Shown here: in pieces, positions 16,465 through 26,397 of the stretch | Layout: every line of letters starts with the position of its first letter | How positions within the stretch are numbered: the first letter of the stretch is position 1 | Program-made: the position numbers and the translations under genes | IMG/VR virus record: IMGVR_UViG_3300023109_000008 | Origin: an uncultured virus (IMG/VR IMGVR_UViG_3300023109_000008) | Taxonomy: Duplodnaviria > Heunggongvirae > Uroviricota > Caudoviricetes | Length of the DNA stretch: 64,000 nt | Reading direction: 5' to 3' (one strand) | Notes under the pieces: generated by a model | What the model saw: only the letters and a program-made list of their open reading frames with translations | Databases searched by the model: none | What the model was told of the DNA's origin: nothing

Positions 16465-17166
16465 CTAGGCGAAAAAAGATCTCATTCCTTCTATTACAAA
16501 TGTCTTTTCAGTACCTTCACTATTGGTATACTTCATTTCATGACGAAGTTTAGGCATTGTTTCAAAGAACTTTTGAATTTCTTTCATCACATCTCCCGTC
16601 ATATCGTTCATGAAGTCATCAACCTCTTCTTGCGAATAGTCAGAGAACTTGTGCGTTTCTTCTTCAGATGCAATTTGATCCAGCGAAGATGTCATAATGT
16701 AATAGTTTACAAGAGGGTCAGTTGCATCCATTGTGATAATTTGTGTGAACTGATCGATGGTAGGATACTTTAAAAACAAAGTATATTCATCATTAATTCT
16801 TACACGTTTGGAATGTTCTTTATCCTTGACAATTTTAACATCGTCAATGTTGATTTCCATCTCAACTCTCTCTTTTGTATCAGGATCTCCGATAGTAAAC
16901 TTAATTGCGTTATCTACAGATCTTGAACGTAGCACAAGAAGTACATATTCCAAATCAAACATTGCGAGTTTAGAAATATCTGTTTTAACCAGACAGTTAT
17001 TCACAATTTGTTTTGCCGCTAGTAGTTCTTGTTCACGGTCATTTGACTCTTGTGCAACCAAAAGAATCTTTTCTTCTTTGACCGTAAACGGTCTGTATTT
17101 TACTTTTCTACCAGTTGAAGGAAGTTTCAATTCAAAAAGTGGTAGATCAATTTTAGGTAAAGCCAT
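16465..17166 (-). CDS. gp26: Baseplate hub subunit/chaperone
   Basis: MALPKI...LPSTG..VKYRPFTVKEEKILL, FDLEY and KFFETMPKL. Confidence 0.88.
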   Translation of the reverse strand: MALPKIDLPLFELKLPSTGRKVKYRPFTVKEEKILLVAQESNDREQELLAAKQIVNNCLVKTDISKLAMFDLEYVLLVLRSRSVDNAIKFTIGDPDTKERVEMEINIDDVKIVKDKEHSKRVRINDEYTLFLKYPTIDQFTQIITMDATDPLVNYYIMTSSLDQIASEEETHKFSDYSQEEVDDFMNDMTGDVMKEIQKFFETMPKLRHEMKYTNSEGTEKTFVIEGMRSFFA

Positions 17167-17181
17167 AATATATTCTCCTTA

Positions 17182-17961
17182 CTATAGACCTATACTTCGA
17201 CTCAAATTGTCGAAGGAATTATTAACACGCTGGAACCTGTTCACAGCATCTTGTATACTTGATACATTAGAAAACCCTTGATTAACGGTTTGTTGTACCA
17301 CTCCAGCAAAACCTGCAACTGCACCAAGGATATCAAAGAAACCAGAACCACGTCCTAGTCTTGATGTTGGTGAGCCTTGCCTCAAACCAGAGTATTCGAT
17401 TCTATCATATGAAAATGCAACTGGAAGTGTTAGGAACTGATCGTTTGTTTCCCATGCCATATCCAGATCACCAATCTGAGAAGGCCATGCTTTGTCTAGT
17501 ATGACTTCATAGAATCTACTTGGATCGTGATCCGTTGAGAAGTGACGTATACTTAGACGACATGAATACTCATCTTTGTATCCAATCTCATACGGAAGTT
17601 TACCATTGTCTTCAGACAGGTTGCCACCTGCAGTTCCGATATTGATTACATTCTGCATCCAAGAGTGGAAGAACTTCAATATCTCATGATCACTATCAAT
17701 CATAAAAATTGTATTGATTTGTGTATTCTGAACAGACATAGGGAACTGTTTAGGGAGACTTGCAACTGCCTCGTAGTTCGCAACATTAAGACTTACAGAG
17801 GGGATCTGTGCCGTCTTACAGAAGAACGTGAGTTCTTTTGATCCCAACAATGAGTTGACATTGTTTGGGTAACCTGTTATAGTAACTTGAAACAAGTTCG
17901 CATGTGCAGGGCCACCAAACTGATCAAATGTTGATTTGAATTCCGATATGCGAAATGCCAT
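17182..17961 (-). CDS. gp54: Tail tube initiator / tail-tube family protein (gp54-like)
   Basis: NLFQVTI, FCKTAQIP, FHSW, AWPSQIG and LPVAFSY tail-tube-fold motifs. Confidence 0.65.
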   Translation of the reverse strand: MAFRISEFKSTFDQFGGPAHANLFQVTITGYPNNVNSLLGSKELTFFCKTAQIPSVSLNVANYEAVASLPKQFPMSVQNTQINTIFMIDSDHEILKFFHSWMQNVINIGTAGGNLSEDNGKLPYEIGYKDEYSCRLSIRHFSTDHDPSRFYEVILDKAWPSQIGDLDMAWETNDQFLTLPVAFSYDRIEYSGLRQGSPTSRLGRGSGFFDILGAVAGFAGVVQQTVNQGFSNVSSIQDAVNRFQRVNNSFDNLSRSIGL

Positions 17962-18569
17962 TATCCGTTCCTTATGATTTTACGACTATCAGCGTATACT
18001 TTGTTTTTACTTGCACCAACGAAGTTCGCAGTTGGTAGGAACAATGCAATGTCCCACTCCACAGGATTAACATAAAAAAACCTTGATCTTGTCTGAACAG
18101 TCAGATAGTGTTTGATAGTGGGTTTAAATTCTCTGAACTTAGACGCACTGTTTAAAAGTTTATATGATAAATCTAATTTTGTACTAGTATCATACTTATC
18201 GTTTGTAATGGTGTCATAAAGACCATCCATTAACTTTGCACGTAAAATAGGTGGTAAATAGTGCATGTTGATACCCATGAATCCTTTTGGTGCAGGGCCA
18301 ATTGGGAATATCAGAGGGAACTTATCGTAGTAAGGTAATGTCTTTGCATGTTTTGCCTCATACGCAAAGAAGTACATATTACCTACTGCAGATGTGTTTG
18401 CACCTCTGTCTTTTAATTCACGTTCTACTCTACCTGCATTTATCGGGCCATTCTTGACAGACTTCTGCGCAGTATCTCTGTACCACTTACGTGCGGCATC
18501 AGTACGTGCAGGCACTTGTCCCGAACGAATACCTCTTAAAAGTATATCATTAAATAATGATGCTGCCAT
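17961..18569 (-). CDS. gp2: DNA end protector protein
   Basis: GNMYFFAYEAK...LPYYDKFPLIF, GINMHYLP and EWDIALFLPT. Confidence 0.9.
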   Translation of the reverse strand: MAASLFNDILLRGIRSGQVPARTDAARKWYRDTAQKSVKNGPINAGRVERELKDRGANTSAVGNMYFFAYEAKHAKTLPYYDKFPLIFPIGPAPKGFMGINMHYLPPILRAKLMDGLYDTITNDKYDTSTKLDLSYKLLNSASKFREFKPTIKHYLTVQTRSRFFYVNPVEWDIALFLPTANFVGASKNKVYADSRKIIRNG

Positions 18570-18571
18570 TT

Positions 18572-18691
18572 CTAGTCCTTACAGTCTTTACATTTACATT
18601 TAAAACAAACGTCATTTATGCAATCGGGACAATCTTTACCACGATGACATGGGTGTCCACAGGTTGTACAAATGGGTTTATCTGATTGCAT
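18572..18691 (-). CDS. Cys-rich 39-aa metallothionein-like peptide (not in the ORF track)
   Basis: MQSDKPICTTCGHPCHRGKDCPDCINDVCFKCKCKDCKD: 9 Cys and 2 His; fills the gap between its neighbours. Confidence 0.6.
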   Translation of the reverse strand: MQSDKPICTTCGHPCHRGKDCPDCINDVCFKCKCKDCKD

Positions 18692-19100
18692 GTTCGTCCA
18701 TTAATTTCTTTATCGTATCTAATGCACGCTTGCCATCTGGGTGTTTCGGGTTTATACTAACCTCAGTACCATTCACAAAGTCTGATATACTTGCAGATTT
18801 TCCTAAGGCGGTAATTGCACGATGGAGTGGATCCTTTGGATCGTACTTTCTTTCGAATCCAGGCTTTCCTCTCAGTTCAACCCACTTACGATCTCCCTTG
18901 TTCCACATCTTCAGAACATCCATGTCTTTGCCACGAATGAGTTTTAATTTGACTCCCTCGTCGATAAACTTTGTTAATCTGATCATGTCTTCTGCCTTTG
19001 CGTTTCTTTTCTTGTATTCATTATATATTTCTTTGTATGTGGTAATTAACACAACTTTATCGTTATCGTCATATAGTGTGTACCTTGGCCACCTGTTCAT
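18678..19100 (-). CDS. Hypothetical protein
   Basis: ATG at 19100 with an AGGA SD, just after the gp4 stop. Confidence 0.6.
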   Translation of the reverse strand: MNRWPRYTLYDDNDKVVLITTYKEIYNEYKKRNAKAEDMIRLTKFIDEGVKLKLIRGKDMDVLKMWNKGDRKWVELRGKPGFERKYDPKDPLHRAITALGKSASISDFVNGTEVSINPKHPDGKRALDTIKKLMDEHAIR

Positions 19101-19108
19101 GGTCGTTC

Positions 19109-19570
19109 CTAATACTTGATGTTGAGTTCTTTCTCCGTCATTATTACAAATTCCCATCCACGTTGGTGACAGAACCTTCTCGCTGCCTTCCACTTCGCAT
19201 CATTTACACCCCAAGTCTTAACCTCGTTAAGATATCTACGAGAGACACGTCCAGTAGGGGTTGCATTCTTTTTCCTTGGATCTGGTGGTCTCGTTTGTTT
19301 GTATGGTTTTATTTCAACCATGATCGTCTTTGGTGCACCCTCACGTTGTTTCATTTTTACAATTACATCTGGAAAGTATCGATGCATCTTATTGTCTAAT
19401 GGAGACATGTAAGGAACCATCAATTCCTCAGATTGCCACCAAATTGTATCAGGGTGTTCGTCACACCACTTAAAGAATTTTACTTCCCACATACTACGAT
19501 AAATAATCTTAGATGGGTCGCCTTTGTACTTGCTAGGGTTCTTTGGGCGGAATCTTCCACTATATGCCAT
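19109..19570 (-). CDS. gp4: Head completion nuclease (TnsA-like)
   Basis: PKNPSKYKGD...IIYRSMWE, WQSEE, HRYFPD, EIKP and N.AKW.AA. Confidence 0.93.
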   Translation of the reverse strand: MAYSGRFRPKNPSKYKGDPSKIIYRSMWEVKFFKWCDEHPDTIWWQSEELMVPYMSPLDNKMHRYFPDVIVKMKQREGAPKTIMVEIKPYKQTRPPDPRKKNATPTGRVSRRYLNEVKTWGVNDAKWKAARRFCHQRGWEFVIMTEKELNIKY

Positions 19571-19590
19571 TTTCAATTTCACATTTTGGT

Positions 19591-19619
19591 TATAAATAGG
19601 TTTACACAGTGTATTTATA
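19591..19619. promoter_or_regulatory. Pair of crossed T4 late promoters serving divergent operons
   Basis: TATAAATA on + (19591-19598) and on - (19612-19619), between gp4 and gp48. Confidence 0.8.
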
Positions 19620-19632
19620 AGGTTTAAACAAA

Positions 19633-20733
19633 ATGGCAGGAAGTTACAGACCAGAGGTTGCACGTCTCAAAGATGCGTATAGACGTAACCCTACTCTATT
19701 CTCGTTTCCAGAAAATAAAACGGCGCATTCTATCATGTTCGTTTTCAAGGAATACGACTATAGTGGGTATACAAGACAAAACAATAATGCATCATATTTT
19801 GAGACACGACAACGTGGAGTCGGTAGATCTATTGCAGATCGAAACCGAGCAATTAGTACGTCCATTAGTTCTTTTGGTTCTGTCGAGTTGCCTTTTCCAA
19901 AACAGTTACAAGACAATACATCCGTGAGACTCAATGCATTTGAAAGAGAAGCAATCACTGAAGCGGTTACCAATGCGATATACAAAGGTACAGGTGGTGG
20001 TATGGGTAATGGAACTCTGGGGTCAATAGGATCAGGACTCGCAGGCGCCGCAGGCGATATTGCAGGTGCGATACAATCGGCAGGGGCTAGTATGGCGACT
20101 GCGGAAGGTCGTAAAAATGCAATGGGTACTTTCACCACTGCAGTAAGTGATGTATTAGGTAAAGTAGCAGGTATCGAAGGTACAGCGGCAACATCTGCGG
20201 CTGCATACTTAATGAGAGGTATAGTTAGTAAACTTGGTGGAGACGTTGCAAGAACTATTGATCTCGTCCAAGGTAATGTTGTCAACCCTAAAGAAGCACT
20301 TGCGTTTGAAGGTGTTGATATGAAGAACTATAGTTTTTCATGGGAACTCTATCCTTCTAATGCAACTGAAACACAAACAATCGATCAGATTATCAAGACA
20401 TGTAAACGTAATGCCCTACCCGCAGTTCAGGATCTTGTGCCAGGCGTATTTGAACGTACATTCTTGAGGTATCCATCTGTCGTAGAAATTAAACTAATCG
20501 GAACTAACAACCAGTACTTTCCTAAATTCAAACCATGTATGATTAAAGCAGTAAACGTAAATTATGAAAATGCAGCAGGTACTGTTCCTATCATGCAGGG
20601 TGGTGCGCCTGGTTCTGTAACATTGAATATGGAATTCTCAGAAATGTCTGCACACACAAGAGAAGATGTAGATCAAAATCTTGATCGTGCAGCAATCAAC
20701 GCACAAGCGAATCAGTTGCCTGATAGTTTCTAA
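19633..20733 (+). CDS. gp48: Baseplate tail-tube cap
   Basis: VNPKEALAFEGV...FSWELYP, FLRYP, KFKPC and L..EFSE; synteny. Confidence 0.8.
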   Translation: MAGSYRPEVARLKDAYRRNPTLFSFPENKTAHSIMFVFKEYDYSGYTRQNNNASYFETRQRGVGRSIADRNRAISTSISSFGSVELPFPKQLQDNTSVRLNAFEREAITEAVTNAIYKGTGGGMGNGTLGSIGSGLAGAAGDIAGAIQSAGASMATAEGRKNAMGTFTTAVSDVLGKVAGIEGTAATSAAAYLMRGIVSKLGGDVARTIDLVQGNVVNPKEALAFEGVDMKNYSFSWELYPSNATETQTIDQIIKTCKRNALPAVQDLVPGVFERTFLRYPSVVEIKLIGTNNQYFPKFKPCMIKAVNVNYENAAGTVPIMQGGAPGSVTLNMEFSEMSAHTREDVDQNLDRAAINAQANQLPDSF

Positions 20734-20748
20734 ACAAAAGGTAAAGAC

Positions 20749-21126
20749 ATGGCAAAATATTTTGAAAACTTTCCAATCGTTGAATACAACGGTAAAGTTA
20801 TGCGTGACATCACAAGACGTAATCAACTCGTCAAAACGCTCACGACTAACCCAATGTTGTTTCTTCCATATACAGTAAAACAAAATGAACGTGCAGAAGA
20901 TATTGCGCAGTTCTATTATGGTTCTGTAGATTATAGTTGGTTGGTGTACATGGCGAATCAAATTATTGATCCGTACTATGAATGGCCAATGGACGAAGAA
21001 ACCTTTAATAACTATCTTATCGCCAAGTATGAAGAACTATCTGGTGAAACAGGCGACGATGTTGTTGACTGGACTAAAGATGATACTATCACTGATAATA
21101 TCGTTTATTATTATAAAGAGGTATAA
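20749..21126 (+). CDS. gp53: Baseplate wedge gp53, N-terminal part
   Basis: YFENFP.VEY, ERAEDIAQFYYGS..YSWLV..AN.IIDPYYEWP. Confidence 0.88.
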   Translation: MAKYFENFPIVEYNGKVMRDITRRNQLVKTLTTNPMLFLPYTVKQNERAEDIAQFYYGSVDYSWLVYMANQIIDPYYEWPMDEETFNNYLIAKYEELSGETGDDVVDWTKDDTITDNIVYYYKEV

Positions 21127-21129
21127 CAG

Positions 21130-21393
21130 ATGGCAGTTGATCAGGTAATTCTTGCACCAGAATCGTTCAGAACGATTTACTTGCGTAGAGAAGACAGAGT
21201 TATTCTCCTAACAGAACAGGGTCGTAAGATCATTATTAAACGTATCATTCCAGAAGAATGGATTGAATACCGTATCTACGATTACGAAAAAGACAGAAAC
21301 GAATCCAAGAAAGAAATATTTCTTTTTGATAACAGATTTCTCCCTCAGATTACGAGAGAGTTCAAAGAAACTATACGTGCTGATGAAACCTAA
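21130..21393 (+). CDS. gp53 C-terminal-like protein (split gene)
   Basis: YDYE...NESKKEIFL...F.PQI..EF resembles gp53 C-termini; same frame as the upstream ORF, with its own GAGGT SD. Confidence 0.6.
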   Translation: MAVDQVILAPESFRTIYLRREDRVILLTEQGRKIIIKRIIPEEWIEYRIYDYEKDRNESKKEIFLFDNRFLPQITREFKETIRADET

Positions 21394-22793
21394 TGGCAGA
21401 CTTTAACCCCTCATATGCAATCGCAAAGGTGGAGATTGAATCCTTTAATGGGGATCAACTCCTTGACCTTACTGGTATTACTACTCAGTTTGAATTGAGT
21501 CAGAGTATCAATGCGGATTCGTGGTCGGGGTCAATCAAGTGTGTCGACTCCACAGGCATGTTGGAAAATAATACTTTTAAATTAAGAGGTGAGGAAACCT
21601 TAACACTGACGTTAGAAACATATGATTTAAAGTTGGAAGAACCAATCGAACTTAAATGTCATGTGTTGTCAGTCACTGATGTTGTTCCCACACAAAACTT
21701 GACAGGTTTGGCCTTTCAACTTAATTTCATTTCAAAACTAAGTTACGAAGCTGGTAAGAGAAGGGTGCGTGAGTCATTCAAAGACATGAAAGCATCTGAG
21801 TGTGCACGAACGGTATTTCAAAAATACTATTCGAAGTTATCTGCCTCTGGTTCATCCACGATCAAAAGAAGAGAAGAACTTCCTTTCGATGCCAAAAAGT
21901 TTGAGATTCGAAACTCAAAAGGAAGACACTTCTACTTACAACCATCAGAAGGCAGAATGCGAGCGGTGATGCCGTCTTTGACACCTAGTGATGCAATGAA
22001 CTTTCTTTCTCAGAGATCTTTCAGTAAAAACTCGCCTTCATGTTCATATCGATTCTTTGAAACTATCAATGGTTTTTTCTATGTGACTGATGAGTTTCTT
22101 GTTAAACGTGGTATGGATAACACTAGGGATATAGAAGTATTTGCATTCAATGCAATGAACAGTCAAGATCCTAATGATGGTACAGAAATACAGACAAACA
22201 CTCTTACTTCATTCACACAGGGACAACGTGTTGATACAGCGGGTGATCTAGTAGGTGGTGCATATCGAAACAAAGTATATGAAGTGGACTTTACAAGAAG
22301 AAGAGTTAACGTCACTAACTACGACTATGTTAAAGATGTAGACTACATTGATATGTCTGGTAAGAAAGCAACGGTCAGAACAAGTCCACATACAGAAGAA
22401 TTTATTAATGAGACATTCACTGAAGAAAATGCAAGACGTTTCTTGGTGTTTAAAGATTACTATGATGAAGATGGTGAGACGTTACGTGCAGATCAACACT
22501 TCAAAGAGATCTTGGTAAATAGAACCGTGTATGGCGCACACCTTGGAAGAACGGTTGTCCAAGCGAGTCTAGTGGGTAGATTAGATATTACGCCTGGCAA
22601 GATTATTTCTGTGAAGGTTCCAAAGTTTACAATCGAACAGTCACCAGAAGATCCATATAATCAACAGTTGTCTGGTAATTATTTGGTGTTGTCTACAAGT
22701 CATCAATTGAAAAATGATATTATGAATACAAATATAGTTCTCGCAAAGTACGACTGGAGCGGGGATTTTCGTGAATTGGAGGTCGCACCGTAA
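21393..22793 (+). CDS. Baseplate hub protein (gp27-like)
   Basis: Lies between gp53 and gp5; LRGEE, YRFFET..GF, PGKII and LSGNYLV...H motifs. Confidence 0.6.
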   Translation: MADFNPSYAIAKVEIESFNGDQLLDLTGITTQFELSQSINADSWSGSIKCVDSTGMLENNTFKLRGEETLTLTLETYDLKLEEPIELKCHVLSVTDVVPTQNLTGLAFQLNFISKLSYEAGKRRVRESFKDMKASECARTVFQKYYSKLSASGSSTIKRREELPFDAKKFEIRNSKGRHFYLQPSEGRMRAVMPSLTPSDAMNFLSQRSFSKNSPSCSYRFFETINGFFYVTDEFLVKRGMDNTRDIEVFAFNAMNSQDPNDGTEIQTNTLTSFTQGQRVDTAGDLVGGAYRNKVYEVDFTRRRVNVTNYDYVKDVDYIDMSGKKATVRTSPHTEEFINETFTEENARRFLVFKDYYDEDGETLRADQHFKEILVNRTVYGAHLGRTVVQASLVGRLDITPGKIISVKVPKFTIEQSPEDPYNQQLSGNYLVLSTSHQLKNDIMNTNIVLAKYDWSGDFRELEVAP

Positions 22794-24202
22794 TGGAATC
22801 AGGTATTGGTATAACCAACCCACTATTTTTTGTGGGAGTAGTGGAGAACAACATCGATCCTCAACTAGAGGGACGAGTGCAGGTTCGTGCATTCTCTATA
22901 CATGGAGACAACAAAGAAGTACCCACACCAGATCTACCTTGGGCAACAGTTGTAAAGGGTGACTATGATCCAAATGGTCTGCCACCACCCTTGAACTCTT
23001 TTGTCTATGGAATGTTCTTAGATGGTAGAACTGCACAACACCCTATGTTGCTTGGTTTGATACCTTCACCATACATGGAACCAATCGATCCAGAGAAGAA
23101 TGGGTGGGGAGTATATCCTCAGTTTCATGGTCACATTAATGCAAGAGGAACTGCACCAAAAGATTTTGGTCAACCACAGAACTCTCGACTTGCACGTGCT
23201 GAGAACTTAGAAGAAACGTATGTTCTACAACAAGAGATGAATCGTGTTGAAGATGTGTACATTGCAGGTCAGGCAGATGTGCCTGAAGACGAAAGAATAA
23301 CATGGAGTGAACCCAACCCTGCATATGGTACAAAGTATCCATACAACCGTGTCATAGAGACTGCGACACATAGTATTGAACTTGACGATACGCCAGGCGC
23401 AGAACGTATTATGGTTAAACATAAAGAAGGTTCTTACATCCAAATTGACTCAAGGGGAACGACAACTCATAAGTCTGTTGGTGACAAATATGAAATAAAT
23501 GATAGACAACACCATGTTTATATTAAAGGCCCTAGTATAGTTACCATAGATAATGATGCATATGTTTATGTGAAAGGTAATAAGACTGAAGAGATCGAAG
23601 GCGATTACAACATGATTGTTCGTGGTAATGCGCAGTTTGGTGTTGGTGGATCGTTCTTTGTAAACGCAAGTGACCAGTTACAGATGCGTGGTGCAGATGT
23701 AATGTTAGATGCAAACGTTTCTACGATGGAACTATTCGCAAAGAAAGAACTTAACATTAGATCTGATATCGATATTAACGTATCGTCTAAGAAAATGTTT
23801 ACTCAACAGTCCCAAGTCCACAGTATGAAAGCTGGTGGAGTTATTCGTTTTGAAAGTGAAGGTGGTTTATTCCAAGAAGCAAAAGGCAATGTTGGAATGA
23901 ACTTCAAAGGTACGGATACAATTAGATTCCAAAGTGATGCAGATATATCAATGAAAGCGGGTGATAATATCTTTGCAGATCCTGGCAGTGGTATCATCGA
24001 TCTTGCAAATGGTGCGAGTGAAGATGTAGATCCAGCGGCAGCGACTGATGCAGTTGTTGCAAATCAGACAGAAATGCCTGAACCACCTGCGAAGTCTACA
24101 TCGATTGTAAATGGAGAAATTGCATCTATGAACGGTATAGGAACGATGGCGACTGACGACTCATCGGATCCTTCTGAAGACGCAGGCGGAGGCCCACAAT
24201 GA
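22793..24202 (+). CDS. gp5: Baseplate central spike gp5 (OB fold plus beta-helix; no lysozyme domain recognised)
   Basis: FVGVVENNIDPQLEGRVQVR, LPWA, YPYNRV and ELDDTPGAERI. Confidence 0.9.
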   Translation: MESGIGITNPLFFVGVVENNIDPQLEGRVQVRAFSIHGDNKEVPTPDLPWATVVKGDYDPNGLPPPLNSFVYGMFLDGRTAQHPMLLGLIPSPYMEPIDPEKNGWGVYPQFHGHINARGTAPKDFGQPQNSRLARAENLEETYVLQQEMNRVEDVYIAGQADVPEDERITWSEPNPAYGTKYPYNRVIETATHSIELDDTPGAERIMVKHKEGSYIQIDSRGTTTHKSVGDKYEINDRQHHVYIKGPSIVTIDNDAYVYVKGNKTEEIEGDYNMIVRGNAQFGVGGSFFVNASDQLQMRGADVMLDANVSTMELFAKKELNIRSDIDINVSSKKMFTQQSQVHSMKAGGVIRFESEGGLFQEAKGNVGMNFKGTDTIRFQSDADISMKAGDNIFADPGSGIIDLANGASEDVDPAAATDAVVANQTEMPEPPAKSTSIVNGEIASMNGIGTMATDDSSDPSEDAGGGPQ

Positions 24203-25980
24203 GTAGTAAGTGTATAGACTTAAGTAATCAATTAGTACAGACAAGGTCTAAACTGACTCCTGCCCCTATTGTGAAACCCAATGGGGAATTAAACATATAT
24301 GCAGTCGATCAATATAAGAATGATTTTCTTGAAGGTATTCAAGAAGATTCTATTTTCGATCCTGTGCAGACTGCAGTTGGGTTGTATGGGGATGAATTCT
24401 ATAATTCACTAGAATCCTTGAATAAACTTTTGAATAGTTCTCAGTTATCCGATTATCCAGAATTAAATCAAAGATATCAATCAGGGCCAATATCTGCAAT
24501 TGAATATGCAGATTTTATTGGTTCTTATAATTACACTCCACCTAAAATTAAAAAAGGTGGTGGTGCAGTTCTTCCTAATTTGAATAGTTACTACAGAGAT
24601 TCAAATGGAAGTATTCTTGGTGGGTTCTGTAAAATGATGCCTCAGGCATTTGCAGCGATTGGTGGGTTCTTTACAATTATTGGTAGCGTTGCAGGTTTGA
24701 TTAACGATGCATTATCATTCCTCACTAAACTAAAAAACCTTGAAGATCCTATCAAAGCAATTATTGAAAAGGTTACAGTTACATCACTTATAAAGGCAAT
24801 CAAAGAAAAGATGACTGCAGTTGTTGAAGAGACTTGGGAGAGTGTAAAGTCTGCAGTACAAAATTTTGATTTAGAACAAACAATTGGTGATATTGCAACA
24901 TACATCGATCAGCATGTAGTTCAAAAGGCACTAAAGATCAAAGACGAAGTGACCAGTATTCTTAACGACGAGAATAAGAAGGGTCTCACTGACAAGATCA
25001 AGGCGTTGTTTGATTATGCAGTGGGTCTCTTTGCAAATCCCTCATTAGAAGAAATTCAATTCTTGATTGCACGTTTTTGTGCATTGACCTCAAACATTGA
25101 AGCGTTAATTAAAGATGTTAAGAGACCAATGGACAACTATGCATACAAGTATCAAACCATTGTTGGTCGTCTAGAAAGAATCTCAAAACTATCAACTGCA
25201 CGTGCGGTTTCTGCAGGTGCAGTTCGTATCGAACCAGAGAAACGTAAAGAGCAAATAAATAAGCAAGTTAAACAGTGGACAGGCCCGATTGAAACCACAT
25301 ATTTGGACGATAGAGGGAACAACACAGGAATTAAAAGGATACTGGGAGATTTTGAATCAGATAAACAATTAAACGATTTACTTTCGGGTACACAGGACGA
25401 TCAGGTAACACCTACACCAAGACCACGTCCAGAACTGCCTGATACTGTGAGTGTTAGAGAAGGTGTTGTGGAATCAAACCCAACAAAACATCACACACCC
25501 ACAGGTAAACCGCCAAACAACCCACCAGCTGCCACACCCAAAGAAGTTGGCGACTTTCCTACGTGGGATGAAATCAAAGATGGTAATCATCCAAGATTTA
25601 AGTTTACATCTGGTATGGGTCAAAGAGGTTGGACGGATCTGTCTCCCGATACAAAGGCCGCTTTGAATAAATTGCAAAAGAAGGTCGGTAAAAAGTTTAC
25701 AGTGAATAGTGGATTTAGAAGTGAACAGTATCAGAATAGGTTGAGAGAAAGATACAAACGTGAGGGTAGAGACAAAGGCACGTTTGTAAAGGGAAGAGGA
25801 TGGAACTACGGAGTTGCATTTTCATCTCAACACATGTTAGGTAATGCGGTAGATGTGGTTTACCCATCAGGTGTTAGTAGGGCACAATTCCAAAAGGATG
25901 CTCTTGCATCTGGATTCAATTGGACTAAACATTATAATTCACGTGGTTTTATGCACATGGATTTATTAGAGAGAAATTAA
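24199..25980 (+). CDS. Virion-associated protein with a C-terminal peptidase M15 domain
   Basis: VNSGFRS...N, SQHMLGNAVD and FMHMD (zinc ligands H, D, H). Confidence 0.75.
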   Translation: MSSKCIDLSNQLVQTRSKLTPAPIVKPNGELNIYAVDQYKNDFLEGIQEDSIFDPVQTAVGLYGDEFYNSLESLNKLLNSSQLSDYPELNQRYQSGPISAIEYADFIGSYNYTPPKIKKGGGAVLPNLNSYYRDSNGSILGGFCKMMPQAFAAIGGFFTIIGSVAGLINDALSFLTKLKNLEDPIKAIIEKVTVTSLIKAIKEKMTAVVEETWESVKSAVQNFDLEQTIGDIATYIDQHVVQKALKIKDEVTSILNDENKKGLTDKIKALFDYAVGLFANPSLEEIQFLIARFCALTSNIEALIKDVKRPMDNYAYKYQTIVGRLERISKLSTARAVSAGAVRIEPEKRKEQINKQVKQWTGPIETTYLDDRGNNTGIKRILGDFESDKQLNDLLSGTQDDQVTPTPRPRPELPDTVSVREGVVESNPTKHHTPTGKPPNNPPAATPKEVGDFPTWDEIKDGNHPRFKFTSGMGQRGWTDLSPDTKAALNKLQKKVGKKFTVNSGFRSEQYQNRLRERYKREGRDKGTFVKGRGWNYGVAFSSQHMLGNAVDVVYPSGVSRAQFQKDALASGFNWTKHYNSRGFMHMDLLERN

Positions 25981-26397
25981 ATGTCGTTAAACGTCTTTAC
26001 ACCAACACAAAAAAAGATCAGTCTTTATTCTGATTTTAGAAAAGATCTGGAATTGAATCTTTTGACAGATGACCTTGCAATATCAAGGGACGAAGATTCT
26101 GTCAAGGAAGCAATGTACAATCTTATCATGACCGCTCGTGGTGAACGTTTAATGCAACCAAACCTTGGGGCGGGACTCAGAGAACTACTCTTTGAAAACC
26201 TAACGCCTGCTATACTAGAATTAATTAAAGACCGTGTTAAAACAACACTAGAACTCTACGAACCTCGTGCAGAAATCATTGATGTAGTCGCTGCAGGTTC
26301 TTTAGACGAAAACGAAGTTTATGTTACTGTGAGATTTTACATCAGTAATAGAGAACAGCCAGTCACGTTAGATGTGATACTAGAGAGGACAAGATAA
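25981..26397 (+). CDS. gp25: Baseplate wedge subunit
   Basis: YSDF, NLIMTARGERLMQPNLG and YEPRA. Confidence 0.93.
   Translation: MSLNVFTPTQKKISLYSDFRKDLELNLLTDDLAISRDEDSVKEAMYNLIMTARGERLMQPNLGAGLRELLFENLTPAILELIKDRVKTTLELYEPRAEIIDVVAAGSLDENEVYVTVRFYISNREQPVTLDVILERTR

Noticed and set aside
19101..19663. Extended starts of ORFs 18678-19193 and 19109-19663
   Set aside because: They overlap gp4 or the late promoters; ATGs at 19100 and 19570 fit better
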